From Hemiscyllium ocellatum (taxonomy: Eukaryota): 57,597 nucleotides of DNA. Each line of letters starts with the position of its first letter. The first letter of the stretch is position 1. This document shows, in pieces, positions 13,068-26,641 of this stretch. Made by a program: the position numbers and the translations under genes. The DNA is taken from positions 36,597,776 to 36,655,372 of the forward strand of contig NC_083418.1 of NCBI RefSeq assembly GCF_020745735.1, read 5' to 3'. The notes under the pieces are model-generated. The model saw only the letters and a list, made by a program, of their open reading frames with translations. It was not told the DNA's origin and searched no databases.

Positions 13068-13600
13068 AACGTAAAATATTTCAGTTGCTGGAAATCTGAA
13101 ATAAAAACCGAAAGTGATGAAGAAATTCAACAGTTCTGCATGCAACTTTGGAAAGGGAAACAGAGTTTTATGTTTTGCGTCTGATATGACTTTTCTTCAG
13201 AACTAAAAGGGGTTGGAAATGTGGTTTTCATGCTTTTGGCAGAAAGAGCATAGGATTGAGAGAATTAGAGAGGTTAACTGTGCAGCCTGGTGGTTAAATA
13301 TGAGTAGGGTGAGGGAATGGGGTTAGACATGCGAGGGGAGTATCAGCCCTGCTGGGTATGGGCCATGATCAGTGAGGCTTTGTGTTGCTACACCATTATG
13401 TTGTTGGTGTGGGGCAAAGGCAGATGCCAACCCTTATTTCAAGCATCCAGTAGACTTTTTAAAAACTGCTTTGATATCAGACATGCTGGTCTTTTGGCAA
13501 GTGGTGACTTGTTCTGGGAACAGCCTGTGCTAAGAATTAGATAAGAGGGATGCTGTAGGAACAGGGTAGGTTGTTATTGAGGTATGTTTGACAAGATATG
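13068..13600 (-). mobile_element. Old PLE 3' end with decayed hammerhead motif
   Basis: Minus strand TTCTGAAGAAAAGTCATATCAGACGCAAAACATAAAACTCTG at about 13170-13203; same terminal family as 2431 and 29383. Confidence 0.55.
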
Positions 13601-15769
13601 GTGAGAAAATGTGACAGGATTCAGGGAAAAGCCTTTTTAAAAACTCAAACAACAGCACCTGAGCCAAACAATGAAAGATTCAGCCTAGGGGGTCTACCTG
13701 TTGTTGTTCCATAGTATGTCATATGTTAATTTGATATGATCTATGCCAGTACTGTATCAGGAAATGAAAGCTAATTGGAGGGATTCAAGCATAGAATTAT
13801 TGTTATTGTGCAAACTGTCTTTATTCAAAACCTTTTCTGTCTCCCAATTGATTTCTCCCCATTGATTTCTTTCAACTTTCCTCCTCTACAGGTATTGACT
13901 CTCTGGTGAATACAACTCCACAAGTATCCTTCAGTGCTTTTTGCAAGATGCTATTAATTCCATACGTATCAGGAGCAAGCTGTAGAAATCACAGCCAATC
14001 CTATCCTAATCTCAGTCACATGCAAATAGAAATTTTCCATCATGGTCACTGGATGGGAAGCAAAAATCCTCACCAGTCTAGCTTTCATATTGAGGGCTGG
14101 AGCCCATTGTATCAATTTGTCCACCACAGCATCAGATAATTTAATACAAAAAATCAGTTCTAAGACCAGTATGTTATAAATAGGTCAGCTAATTACTTTT
14201 TTAGCCAATTGAGCTATTCTTCAAATAGGCTGTATTTGGATAATTTTATTTTTAAACTTCCAAGGACGTTCCAATTGGCTACAAATTAAAATAATCAAAA
14301 GGAGAAACTTTGCTGCCCCCACACAATTACAGAAATGTAAACATTTATCCTGCAGATCTTCCTGACCATCCTACACCACTTCACACAAGCAAACAGATAA
14401 TGATGTTTGGTGCTGTTCCCTGACAGGGTGTAACCTTCTGATGAATACTTTACCTGTTTCTAGGTGTCTCCTACTGCATTCTTTTCAAATTACTCACTTC
14501 ACCAAAATTTAAAATCTTTGAGAGGATCTGTTTCATCGACCAACTATTAAACAAACCAGAGTGATCCAGAAAATGCAATGCTATGCAAGGTGTGGTGCGC
14601 ATTACTAATGTAAGCTGTGGTAAACCTAGAGACACAATACAATGTTATGAAGATATTTGAGACAACATATAAAATTATCAAGTTTTTCAGAGATTTGGAA
14701 GCTGCTTTAGCCCCCCATCAATTTGGATTGTCACTAGGTCTACATTTATTCTATTTGTGAACTAGACAGTGAGGTAATAGTATAAAAATTGAATATATAT
14801 AGGCGTCTTTGAAAATTAAAATGAAATAGCCTAGAAGAATGCTGCAGTCTCAGATATTGCTGATGTTAGAAACATGTGCAATGATACTGTAAATTAATAT
14901 GTTTAAAATGTGGCTGATGTTAATCTAACTACTTACAGTATTTTGGGATATTCTGAACATAAAAAAGCAGTATATTTTCCAAACAGTGACAACTGATCAG
15001 ATTACTTAAGTTACAATCTATTGTATATTATTTTTAGATGACAATTGTTCCATTTAATAGAATATCATGATGCATCTCCTGAGATCAGTACAAAGGTAGG
15101 CAGGTTTGAAAATGATATTATCTGGGATTAAATTCTCTGATTTGTTTTAAAAGTTTGCAATAGAAAAGGAATATTTAACTAGAGAATTGCTGTTATTATA
15201 GCAGGAAAACAAGTGGCACAGGAATTACAAAACTACATCATTCAAAACTGTGATTTGTTTTGTGAGAGTTTTCTGTGATCCAGTTTAAGAATGAAAGTGG
15301 ATGAATTGATGGCTAGCATTGCACATTGCAAAGTTTGTTGGACTGATGATACCAAGACATCTATACTCATTCAGTTTTGAATAAATGACAGAATTTCCTA
15401 CTTTGTTCCCACAGCATTGCTACATAGGCATCTGGATAGGCATCTTCCAGTTCCTCGATGGTCACCTTTGTGGGATTCAAAATTGATAGTGTCTCATTGT
15501 ATGGTGACAGTCTCTTGTATGCATATGGGGCAGTCAGCTATTCCCCCCTCAATGTAATAAGTGTTCAATAGGAGTTGGTAGCATAGTGTTATTACCCCTG
15601 ATATAATAACCCAGCGGCAAAGTTAATGCTTTTTGGACATGGGTTCAAATTCCATTACAGCAGCTGGTGTAATGTGAATTTTGTTTATAAATCTGGAATA
15701 TAAACTGGTCTCAGTAATGGGGTTCATGTTAACTATCATCCATTTTCATAAAGTCCCATCTATTTCACT

Positions 15770-17407
15770 GGAGTCATGGAGTTATAGAGATGTACAGCAC
15801 GGAATCAGACCCATCCATGTTGCCCAGTGGGCGGCACGGTGGCACAGTGGTTAGCACTGCTGCCTCACAGCGCCTGAAGACCCGGGTTCAATTCCCGACT
15901 CAGGCGACTGACTGTGTGGAGTTTGCACGTTCTCCCCGTGTCTGCGTGGGTTTCCTCCGGGTGCTCCGGTTTCCTCCCACAGTCCAAAGATGTGCGGGTC
16001 AGGTGAATTGGCCATGCTAAATTGCCCGTAGTGTTAGGTAAGGGGTAATGTAGGGGTATGGGTGGGTTTCGCTTCGGCGGGTCGGTGTGGACTTGTTGGG
16101 CCGAAGGGCCTGTTTCCACACTGTAAGTCTAATCTAATCCTGAATTAATCTCGTTCCATTTACTAGCATTTGACCCATATCCCTCTAAAACCTTCCTATT
16201 CATATATCCATCCAGATGCCTTTTAAATGCTGTAATTGTACCAGCCTCCACCACTTCTTCTGGCAGCTCATTCCATACACGCACCACCCTCTGTGTGAAA
16301 ACGTTGCTCTTTAGATGCCTTTTAAATCTTTCTCCACCCACCTTAAACCTGTCCCCTATGGTTTTGGACACCCTCATCTCATGAAAATGACCTTGTATAT
16401 TTACCCTATCCATGCCCATCATGCTTTTATAAACCTCTATGAGGTCACCCCTCAGCCTCTGATATTCCAGGGAAAATAACCCCAGCCTATTCAGCCTCTC
16501 CCTATAGCTCAAACCATCCAACCCTGGCCACATCCTTATAAATCTTTTCTGAACTCATTCAAGTTTCACAACATCGTTTCTATAGCAGGGAGACTAGAAT
16601 TGCATGCAGTATTCCAAAGGTGGTCTAATCAATGTCTTGTATAGCCACAACATGACCTCCTAACACCTATATTCGATGCACTGACCAATAACAGCAAGCT
16701 TACCAAACGTCTTCTTCATTATCCTATCTACCTGAAACTTCACTTTCAAAAAACTATGACCCTGCTCTCCAGGTCTCTTTATTCAGTAACACTCTCTAGG
16801 ACCTTACCATTAAGTGCTTAAGTCCTGGCCTGATTTGCTTTTCCAAAATGCAGCACCTCGCATTTATCTAAATTAAACTCCATTTGCCACTGCTCAGCCC
16901 ACTGGCCCATCTGATCTACTCTTTGCTGTCCACTACATTACCAATTTTGGTGTCATCTGCAAACTTGCTAACCACACCTCCTATGTTCACATCCAAATCA
17001 TTTGTATAAATGACGAAAAGCAGTGGACCCAGTACAGGTCCTTGTGGTACACCACTGGTCACAAGCCTCCAGCCTCAAAAGCAAACCTCCACCACCACTA
17101 CCACTACCATCCTTTCTTCTACCTTCAAGCCAGTTTTGTATCAAAATAGCTAGTTCTCCCTGTATTCCATGAGATCCAACCTTGCTAACCAGTCTACCAT
17201 AATGAACCTTGTCGAAAGCCTTACTGAAGTCCATATCGATCACATCCAACACTCTGTCCTCATCAATCCTCTTCGTTACTTCCTCAAAAAAACTCAATCA
17301 ATTTAGTGAGACATGACTTCCAATGCACAAAGCCATGTTGACTACCCCAAATCAGTCCTTGCCTTTCCAAATACATGTAAATCCTGCCCCTCAGAATCCC
17401 TTGCAAT
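15770..17407 (-). mobile_element. CR1 LINE 3' portion (RT and 3' UTR)
   Basis: ORFs 16998-17297 (MDFSKAFDKV) and 16129-16533 (LSYRERLNRLGLFSLE..RLRGDLIEVYK..TQRVVRVWNELP). Confidence 0.95.
15828..16139 (+). mobile_element. Young HE1-type V-SINE
   Basis: Full length with CpGs preserved; near-identical to 39469-39784. Confidence 0.95.
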
Positions 17408-18441
17408 ACTAATATCTTTTAGAAAATGAAATCTGCTATCTTTACTTCATTGGCCTATGTGACTCCAGGTCTGCAACAATGTGGTTGACTCTTAAGAACT
17501 CTGTGACATGGCCCAGCAAGTCACTCAGTTCAAGGGCGAATAGGATTAGACATCAAATGTTGACCTTACCAATGACATCTATTTCTCGTGAAATAATTTT
17601 TTTTTCACTTCCTTCCTGTTCCCTCATTTGATATGTGAAGGTCAACGTTGCAGTTCTGTGTTGTACACAAACCTGCTAAAGTCAGACTGGGACTATTTTG
17701 TGTATTTTTTGAAGATATGTCACAGGGTTGATCAGCAAAGCGATTTGTTATGAAAGCTCAGCAACTCGACCTTCTGGAAAACATAGCTGCACTCCCCCAC
17801 ATAACATGCTACAAGTTGTCCAGAGACTGCTAGCCATTAGCATGTCCCTCTTAAAGTGATATGACAACAGTCAGCAGCCTCAACAAGGAAAGGTAAGGAG
17901 GAAAGATGATGGTAAAAACTGTTTTGAAGTTTGTGTTCTCAATATTCAAGGTGGTAGGTTGGACTGATAGCTTAGCAAGCCAATCCACAACACAGTCAGC
18001 CAGGGGGAAGGGCAGAGGTTAACCACTTGGTTTTCTCTCTCAAACCAGCAAGTCTGAGTCTATTACAGTCAGTACAGTATTGTGTTCTCCTTTATAAATG
18101 TAGTGTCAATTCATTCCCATATTTCTGATGAATTAGCTTGTTTGTTATTACCCTTTATAATCTATCACACAAAACCAGAGTTAACAACTGTGGAAATAGG
18201 CACTATAGAGGATAAAATTCATGTTTGTAGGGGTATGGAATGGTTTTTTTGCGGGGGCATTGATGGGATACTTGTTAGGAGTTAATCACTGAGGAAAAAA
18301 TGGTACATTATTTTGTGGAGTGCATGTCCCTTTTATACCTGCTGCACCTTATTGAAATACTGACAGAATAATACTTACTTCTCCTTCACCAGTAGAGCTG
18401 ATCTTCCTTAAAAAATAATTATTTTTGTGGCACTGTAACAA

Positions 18442-18947
18442 CATAGAGTCATAGAGATGTACAGCATGGAAACAGACCCTTTGGTCCAACCCATCCATGC
18501 CGATCAGATATCCCAACCCAATCTAGGCCCACCTGCCAGCACCCGGCCCATATCCCTCCAAGACCTCCCTATTCATATACCCATCCAAATACCTCTTAAA
18601 TGTTGCAATTGTACCAGCCTCCACCACTTCCTCTGGCAGCTCATTCCATACACGTACCACCCTCTGTGTGAAAATGTTGCTCTTATATCTTTCCCCTCTC
18701 ACCCTAAACCTATGCCCTCTAGTTCTACACTCCCCTACCCCAGGGAAAATACTTTGTCTATTTATCCTATCCATGCCCTTCATAATTTTGTAAACCTCTA
18801 TAAGGTCACCCCTCAGCCTTCAACACTCCAGGGAAAACAGCCCCAGCCTGTTCAGCCTCTCCCTATAGCTCAAATCCTCCAACCCTGGCAACATCCTTGT
18901 AAATCTTTTCTGAACCCTTTCAAGTTTCACAACATCTTTCCGATAGG
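18442..18947 (-). mobile_element. 5'-truncated CR1 LINE
   Basis: ORF 18523-18783 RTRGHRF..FTQRVVRVWNELPEEVV; (CATAGAGT)n tail. Confidence 0.95.
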
Positions 18948-19828
18948 TTGAAAAGATTTTAAAATATTTGCCAAAAAGTTGTGAAAGCAATTTCAACCTG
19001 TTTGGTTAGACTATATTTAAAGTTCACTATTAAATTTGAAAACTATTGACAATTGTTTGAAACAAACATACAATATGGGAGGGCAGAGGGATAGATTTCA
19101 GTTTGGATTAGCTGAGCAATAAAAAAGCCACCATGGACAAGTGCAGAGAGGAAAGCTGAGCAAGGAGAAATATACACTTGTCACTGATCCAATTCATTTC
19201 TCGTTCCATGCATTCAGTTGGAAGGTAAATTAGGCAGGTTCTATTATTGGTGTATATTCCACATAGAAGCTTCTGTGCTAAGGACTTTGATCTTTGTCTG
19301 TTACAAGGCACCAATAATCAAGACAAAGAGTATGACTGCACCTCTCTGATTCCACCAGAATCCTCACCAATTTTCATTCAAGGTGCCAGGAAGAACTTTA
19401 CCGTCGGTACAAGGCTGAGTATGAGTGAGAAAATAAATCAGGAAAAGTTACCAACATTTGAGGAAGCTTGTTCCAACACATTCCCTTCAAGGTTTAACTG
19501 AAACAGAAAGGAGGCTTGTGGGGGTGTTGACATTTTAAACAGATTAATAAGGCAACAGCATGTCGTTTAACCTGATTTGCAGGTTCTACTCAGGGTTTCT
19601 CAAGCACCTGAAGCAAGGTGAGGACAGTTTCAGGAGAAGGCTGCTGCCATTCAATGCTGTGGACCAGGAGGGACAGGACTGTTTCCCTCAAGTCCCACAA
19701 GCTCATTCCCTCCCTTTACCCCCAGCAGATCACAGCCTCCTTCACCATACAAAAACTGGCAAGCCTTGAAAAAACCCCAGGATTGAACATCCCCAGTGTT
19801 AATGTTGTACTTGGATGTGTATCTGTTT

Positions 19829-19929
19829 GGAGAAAGTGAGGACTGCAGACGCTGGAGATCAGAGTCGAGGAGTGCGGTGCTGGAAAAGCACAATCAATCA
19901 GGCAGCATCCGAGGAGCAGGGGATTTGAT
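19829..19929 (-). mobile_element. PLE terminal-repeat fragment
   Basis: GGAGAAAGTGAGGACTGCAGACGCTGGAGATC...GCAGCATCCGAGGAGCAGG; same family as 6791, 44677 and 52142. Confidence 0.85.
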
Positions 19930-20160
19930 TCCTTTTACATACTCTAGTTGTGACTAAGAGTAACCAATACTAATGAGAGCGCAAAGCACTATCTGCCTTT
20001 TGGGAACTGGCTCCTGGAAGGGAATGGTAATCTGCAATTAACCTGTGTAGAGGATTTGTAAATAAACCACTGTGAAAAAGAGACTAACTCCTGCTTCCTC
20101 CTTTGCCAGATGGATGTTTACAATTAGCAATCTGGAGCGTGAATTAGATTTTCACCTTCA

Positions 20161-20500
20161 GGGTGGCACAGCGGTTAGCACTGCTGCCTCACAGTTCCAG
20201 GGATCTAGGTTCAATTCCACCCTCAGACAACTGCGTTTGCTTGTTCTCCTCGTTTCTCTGTAGGTCCCCTTCAGATGTTCCAGTTTCCTCCCACAGTACA
20301 GAGATGTGCAGGTTAGGTAGCTTGACCATGGTAAATTGACCAAAATTTCCAGGAATGTGCAGGCTAGGTAGGTTAGACATGGGAATTGCAGGATTACAGA
20401 GATAAGGTAAGGGAATGGGAAACTCTTCAAAGAGCCAATGTGGACTCAATGACCTGAATGGTCTATTTCCACACTGTTGGTATTCTATGATTTCTATGAT
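20161..20500 (+). mobile_element. Older HE1-related V-SINE
   Basis: GGTGGCACAGCGGTTAGCAC head, GGTTCAATTCC B-box and TTCTATGATTTCTATGAT tail. Confidence 0.85.
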
Positions 20501-20815
20501 CAGATCTACCTTCTCAGCTTAGAGTTATATTCCCTGCACTATCCTGCTGTGGAACTATCACTGAAACCACAGAAATAATGGAGCACACTGTTAGGGATCA
20601 TGGAAACGCTTTGTTGGCAATAAAATCAATGGAAACGAAATTGCTTTAAGGCCTTTGCTTCTATAAATGCAACTTAGGTCATTATTGCTGTTAGACTCTG
20701 GGTTATTGTTATCTTGAGCATGGTAATTCTGGAGCAACAGAGGTAGACAGGGTGGAAATTTATAAGGGGCCATTCTTTATATGCAGGTGATAGGTAAAGA
20801 GTGGTCACCAGCAGG

Positions 20816-22790
20816 ATCATAGAGATGTACAGCAGGCAAAGAGATCCTTTGGTCCAACTTGTCCATGCTGACCAGATATCCTAAGTCAAAATGTGTTGTG
20901 CTGGAAAAGCACAGCCGGTCAAGCAGCAACCAAGGAGTGGGAGAGTTGACGTTTCAAGCATAAGCTCTGTATCCTAAATTAACATAGTCCCGTTTGCCAG
21001 CACTTGGCCCATGTCACTCTAAATCCTTCCTATTCATGCACCCATCCAGATGCCTCTTAAATGCTGTAATTGTACCATCCTCCACCACTTCCATTGGCAG
21101 CTATTTCCATTCTTAATGTATTTGTAGAATCCCTTTGGATTCTCCTTAATGCTATTTGCCAAAACTATCTCATGTCCCATTTCTGTCCTCCTGGTTTCCC
21201 TCTTAAGTATACTCCTGCTGCCCTTTTATTCTTCTAGGGATTCACTCAATCCCTGCTGTCTATACCTTACATATGCTTCCTTCTTTTTTTTGACAAAACC
21301 TCAATTTCTGTCATTAACCAGCATTCCCTACCAGCCTTGTCTTTCACCTTAACAGTGTCTCTGTTACTGTCTCTGGACTCTTGTTATCACAATTTTGAAG
21401 ACTTGCCATTTTCCAGTCGTCACTTTACCTGTGAACATCAGTCACCAATCAACTTTTGAAAGTTCTTGCCTAATACCATCAAAATGAGCCTTCCTCCAAT
21501 TTAGAACTTCAACTCTTAGATATGGTCTATCCTTTTCTATCACTATTTAACAAGTAATAGAATTATGGTTGTTGGCCCCAATGTGCTCCCCCACTGACAC
21601 CTCAGTCACCTGCCCTGCCTTATTTCCCAAGAGGAGGTCAAGTTTTGCACCTTCTCCAGTAGGTACATCCACATACTGAATCAGAAAGGTTTTTCGTATC
21701 CACTTAACAAATTCCTCTCCATGCAAGCCTTTAACACTATGGCAGTCCCAGTCTATGTTTGGGAAATTAAAATCCCCTACCATAACCACCCTATTATTCT
21801 TACAGGTTACTGAAATATCCTTACAAATCTGGTTTTCAATTTCCCACTGACTACTGGGGAGGTTTGACAGTACAATCCCAATAGGGTAATCATCCCTTTC
21901 TTATTTCTCAGTTCCACTGAAATAACTTCCCTGGAAGTATTGCCAGGAATATCCTCCCTAAGTACAGCCATAATGTTATCCCTAATCAAAAATGCTATTC
22001 CCCATCCCCTCTTGCACCCCCCCAACCTTCCTATAGCATCTACACCCCAGAACATTAAGCAGCCAGTCCTTTCCATCCCTGTGTCACATCTCTGTAATTG
22101 CTAGGATATCCCAGTCCCATGTTCCCAACCATGCCCTGTGTTCATCTGTTAGGCCTCTTGCATTGAAACAAATGCAGTGTAATTCATCAGTTCTACTTGG
22201 TTCTCTGCTTTGTTCCTGCCTATCCTGATTGTTTGACTTGCTCTTTTTCACAACTGTACGAGTCTCAGACTGATCTCTTTCTTCTCTATCTCTCTGGGTA
22301 GCCCACACCCTACCCCATCACTCCTTACTAGTTCAAATCCCCGGAACAGCTCTAGCAAATCTTTCTGCCAGTATGTTAGTCCTCTTGCAGTTCAGGTTCC
22401 ATTCGTCCTTCTTGTACAGGTCACTTCTACCCCAGAAGAGATTCCAATAATCTAAAAATGTGAATCCTTCTCCCCTACACCAGCTCATCAGCTATGCATT
22501 CACCTGTTCTGTCCTCCTCTTCCTACCCTCACTAGCACTGGCAGTAATACAGATATTAATGCACTCGAGGACCTCCTTTTTAAATTCTTGTCTATCTTCC
22601 TATATTCTCTCCTCAGAATCTCATCCTTTTCTCTTCCTATATTGTTGTTTCCAATGTATACAATGACCTCCTGTTGGTCCCTTCCCCCCTTTGAGAATAT
22701 TCTGCACTGTCTCTGAGATATCCTTCATCCTGGCACTAGGGAGGCAACGCATCATTCTGGTGTCTCACTGTTAACCACAGAAATGTCTTT
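20816..22790 (-). mobile_element. Internally deleted CR1: ORF1 SGNH esterase end and ORF2 APE endonuclease fused to the 3' end
   Basis: Minus translations VIVYIGNNNIGREKDEILRREY (ORF1 esterase-like), CICFNARGL..ILAITE and VMVGDFNFPNIDW..LDLLLGN (APE); junction to the 3' UTR region near 21110. Confidence 0.9.
20885..20969 (-). mobile_element. Tail-less PLE terminal-repeat insertion in CR1 3' UTR
   Basis: 8-bp TSD TATCCTAA (20877-20884, 20970-20977); sense strand starts CAGAGCTTATGCTTGAAACGTC. Confidence 0.85.
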
Positions 22791-23284
22791 CAGGGTTTAA
22801 GTGAGGAAACAGAAATGCCAATCAGGTGACGAGACAGTTTGATGCAGCGCTGCCCACATTTTGCTTTATCCTCCCACATTCTTCCAGCTGCTTTGATGTG
22901 GACTCATGGAAGGCCATCTAGCCTAGTAACTCAAAGAAGACCCATGATTGGACAGGGGTGAGTGTGACGCTACCTGCACACTAATGAGGAATTAATGAGC
23001 AGATTGTTTAAGGCTAATACTTCCAATTCAGCCTAGTTGTTCTGATCAGAACCTCTTACTTCTAAATTGAAAGCGATTTAATGAAATTTATAGGAAATTT
23101 CAAATTACTTTTAAAATATCTGAACCTAATTAAATTTCAGAATCATTAGCTTGTTATTTAACCCAATTCATTCTTTCCAAGGGTCACACATAATGGAACC
23201 CATTATCTCTTACAGTCCCCTCTTTCTGCATCCTGCAATACTTTAAGCCACTGTTAATATCACATAAACGATATTGCCATGTTT

Positions 23285-24120
23285 ACAACAACAAAGCAAC
23301 AACTTATATTTACATAGCACCTTTAAAGTCATAAAATGTTCTAAAGCATCTCATAGCAACATAAATTATGTTACCATGTCCCAGCAGGTGAGATTAGGTC
23401 AGATGAATAAAAGCTTAGTCAAACAGAAAGGTTTTAAGGAGAATATTACTCGAGGGAAATGAGTTAGATGAAAAAAATGTGTGGGGAAGGTATTCCTGAG
23501 GTAAGGGTCCTGATATCCAAATGTGCATTATCTAAAGGTGAACCACTAAAGTAGGAGATGTTCAAAGGGCAAGATTGAGAGGAGCTCAGGTATCTCAGAG
23601 TGTTGTAGGTTAAAGGACGCTATAGAGATCAAGGAGGTGTGAGTTCATGAAGAGATTTTAAAACAAGCAAGACATTTTTAAAGTAAAAATGGTGCTTGAA
23701 CAGAAGCCAATATGGGTCAACAGGCACAGTGCTGAAGGGTCTGCAGGACTCGATGCAAGTTGAAAGCTGGCAACAGAGATTTGAATAACTCCAATTTTAT
23801 GAAGGGTTAAGTGTGGAGGGTAACCGTGAACACATTGGAACCATCAAATCCAGACGAAACAAAGAAATAGATAAGGGCTTAAGCTATGAATGAGCTTCGA
23901 TATAAAGTAGGTTAACGTTGCAAAGTTTAGAATAGGCGATCTTAGTGAAGATGGACAGTCAGAAGCTCTATCAGGGTCAAATAAAGGTCAGAAGCTATTT
24001 TCAGGGTTAAACGTGATATCAAGGCTGTGAATAATCTGTTTGGTCTCAGACTGTTGCCAGGGAGTGGCATGGAGGTGAGGACTAAAGTTTGAAGCAGGAA
24101 GTGAAAACAACGGCTTCAAA
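23285..24120 (-). mobile_element. L2-like LINE 3' portion
   Basis: CAACAACTTATATTTACATAGCACCTTTAA 3' end; ATGAAGAGATTTTAAAACAAG is the reverse complement of an L2 C-terminal motif also seen near 8250. Confidence 0.7.
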
Positions 24121-24654
24121 ATTTCTTCTACTCTTTTCAAACTTTGCATTGTGAACCTTGGACATTGACTTGGTTTTTCAATTAAAGAAATCCCTGCCCT
24201 TTCTAAACAGCTATAACTGAATTGTGACATCAATTTGCAATCATTAGTAAAACAAACAAACTTCAGCAGCAAAGACCAAGGATTGTGTGAGTCCGGACGT
24301 GTAAATACATGGAGCGTACCACAGATCTCCCAGGTAATAATCTGAACTTTCCCATGGATCCTAACTTTTTCTCATATATTCTGTGCCTATTTACCTTTGC
24401 TTACTCCTTCCCCTGAAACTTTCGAGCACAAAATCCAAAAGTAATTGTGATAACATTACACAAATAATTTATTAAAGATTTACACTACCGTGCTGAGAAT
24501 CTCACGGTCCCATGATCTTCCCATAAATTATATCTCATTCAAAGAATAGGAAATGGTTATGGGTTTTAAACATGCCATTCGATTCCTTCGGGTCTGTCAT
24601 CTCAAAATACAAAATTAATAATTAATTGGGCACTACTTTGACATATTCTTGGGA

Positions 24655-26560
24655 AATCATAGGAAAGGTGACATATGAAGGGTTAAAATATTGTAACAAT
24701 AGAGTAGGGTATGCCTTTTCTGGGACCAAAGCTGACACACTATTTTGAGCTTGAGCAGAAGGAGTTTTAGCCTCCATGTCACTGGGAAAAAACAGGACTG
24801 AAAATGATGCATTGTTTGTTTGAAATATTCAGAGAATATAGAGAGGGATAAAGGGAAATTGTACGTTTTGGAGTTAAAATAAAGGGAGAGAAACAGATTG
24901 TTAAAGCTATCAGTACAAAATAGAATTCCATTGGATAGACATAAAGGATGAATTCTACTAACAGATGTGGTCTGCAAAATACCAAGTAACATTAGAGAGG
25001 CAGAGAAATAAATATGCAAAATAATTAAGGAAACAAGTAATAATGGTACAATAATAACCACGGGTGATTTCAAACCACATGACATTTAGATGACAAGAGG
25101 CATATACTATTACCAAGAATAGTAGCATGCGCAAAACCAGCCAAAACTGGAAGAAAATAGAAATTAATAGAAATCAAACAGAATGTAAGACCTTGTTCCA
25201 CTATAAAGAAAAAGAGAATTGTGAAAGTAAACATGTGTCCTTTAGAGACTGAGACAGAAGGACAATTACAAAATATTATATAAGGTTAGCAAATATTTTG
25301 TGTCCATTTACACAATAAAATATACAAAAATGCCCAGGAATAGTTGAAAACCAAGATGAATCAAAGCACATGGAATTTAAAGTAATTAGTTTTGCCAAAA
25401 GAGATATTGGAGAAGTTAAGAAGACTATCAGCCAATATATCACATTTTCTACTTGTTGTGGATTTAAAAGATATGGCTGTAGAGGTAGACAAAGTGGATG
25501 CGTTGATTGGCTCCTTTCAAAACTCCTTATGTTCTTGAATTGTCCCATTGGATTGGAATCTAGCAAATATAACTATTCAGGAAAGGAGAGGAGGTGAACC
25601 CAAAATCAGTCACTGAAAAAAATGCTGGAATCCATTACTAAGAGACAGCTACAGGGCACTTAGTGAAATATAGGCAGAGTCAAAATGGGTCTGAATTTCA
25701 CCAATGTTGGGAGGAGGGCTGAAAGGAGGTGTACACAAGAGGCTGATAAAATCACGGGAAACCATGTTGGATCATCCCCACAACATCATAGCCTGCCAGG
25801 GCATTTTACCAATGAGATGCTGGAGATCAGAGTCGAAAAGTGTGGCACTGGAAAAGCACAGCAGGTCAGGCAGCTTTGGATTGGATAGGAAACAGACATA
25901 TTTCCCACCTCAAAGAGGTAGGCAGCCAATCCCAAAGTTGAAGGTCTAACCAGGGCACATTTTAAAATGCCACCAGCATTTTGACAACAGCGGATCAATC
26001 CTGTCACCATGTCAGGTGACATCTCAATGGTGGGGTGAGGTGAGGAATGACAGGGAAGACAGAACGCATAGACCTAGTGATATCGCCAGTGGAATGTACT
26101 TCCCCAATATTTCAACCTTTTGCAATTTTAAAGCTTGCCTTTGCCTCCTTGATGTTGGCCCCTAATTTCCAGTCTACCACACTCAGCAGTGATGACTGTT
26201 CTTGGTTGTAGTGGTGAGGCTGCTAAATTCCAAGCTTACAGCTCTTGGGGCGGACCACATTCCTTATGCCCGTGCAGCAGACACTCATTTGCTAATTACA
26301 CTCATTTCCATATGACATCAGGACCTCTACACAAATGGTAAAATCCGAACCATGCTTTTTGTTTGACAGATCGATTCAAGTATCTTTTGTGAATGTGACA
26401 AATAGGTTAGATCAAGAGAAAGCAATGAATGGAGTACATTTGGATTTTTCAAAAGTTGTTTGATTTGGTGACATAGAAAAGATTGCTGCATAAGATAGGG
26501 ATCATGGGCCTGGGACAATGCATTAGCATTGGTTAATGAACAACATGTAATTTTGGTTGG
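24655..26560 (+). mobile_element. Old CR1 ORF2 remnant interrupted by a MITE
   Basis: ACGGGTGATTTCAA (GDF motif), TATTCAGGAAAGGAG and TTGGATTTTTCAAAAG motifs; the flanks of the MITE rejoin as GGCAGAGTCAA-ATG. Confidence 0.6.
25687..26351. mobile_element. Harbinger-type MITE with nested PLE fragment (25813-25875)
   Basis: TIRs GGGTCTGAATTTCACC ... GGTAAAATCCGAACC; interrupts a CR1. Confidence 0.6.
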
Positions 26561-26641
26561 GAAATTAAAAAGTTGAAGTAAGTAACAGTGTAATTAATCT
26601 GTTGTTAATTTATCTTCAAACAATAAGATTCCCCTTAAAAG

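Larger units (their letters stand above)
15571..17605 (+). mobile_element. Old tRNA-derived SINE (15571-15769 plus 17408-17605) split by a CR1 insertion
   Basis: GGTAGCATAGTG head and GGGTTCAAATTCC B-box; the halves rejoin across an ACT duplication; the tail TCAAGGGCGAATAGG is shared with the L2/CR1-superfamily LINE 3' end. Confidence 0.7.

Noticed and set aside
15828-15905. tRNA-like sequence (also at the other SINE heads)
   Set aside because: These are the A/B-box heads of HE1 SINEs, followed by SINE body and tail; not tRNA genes.
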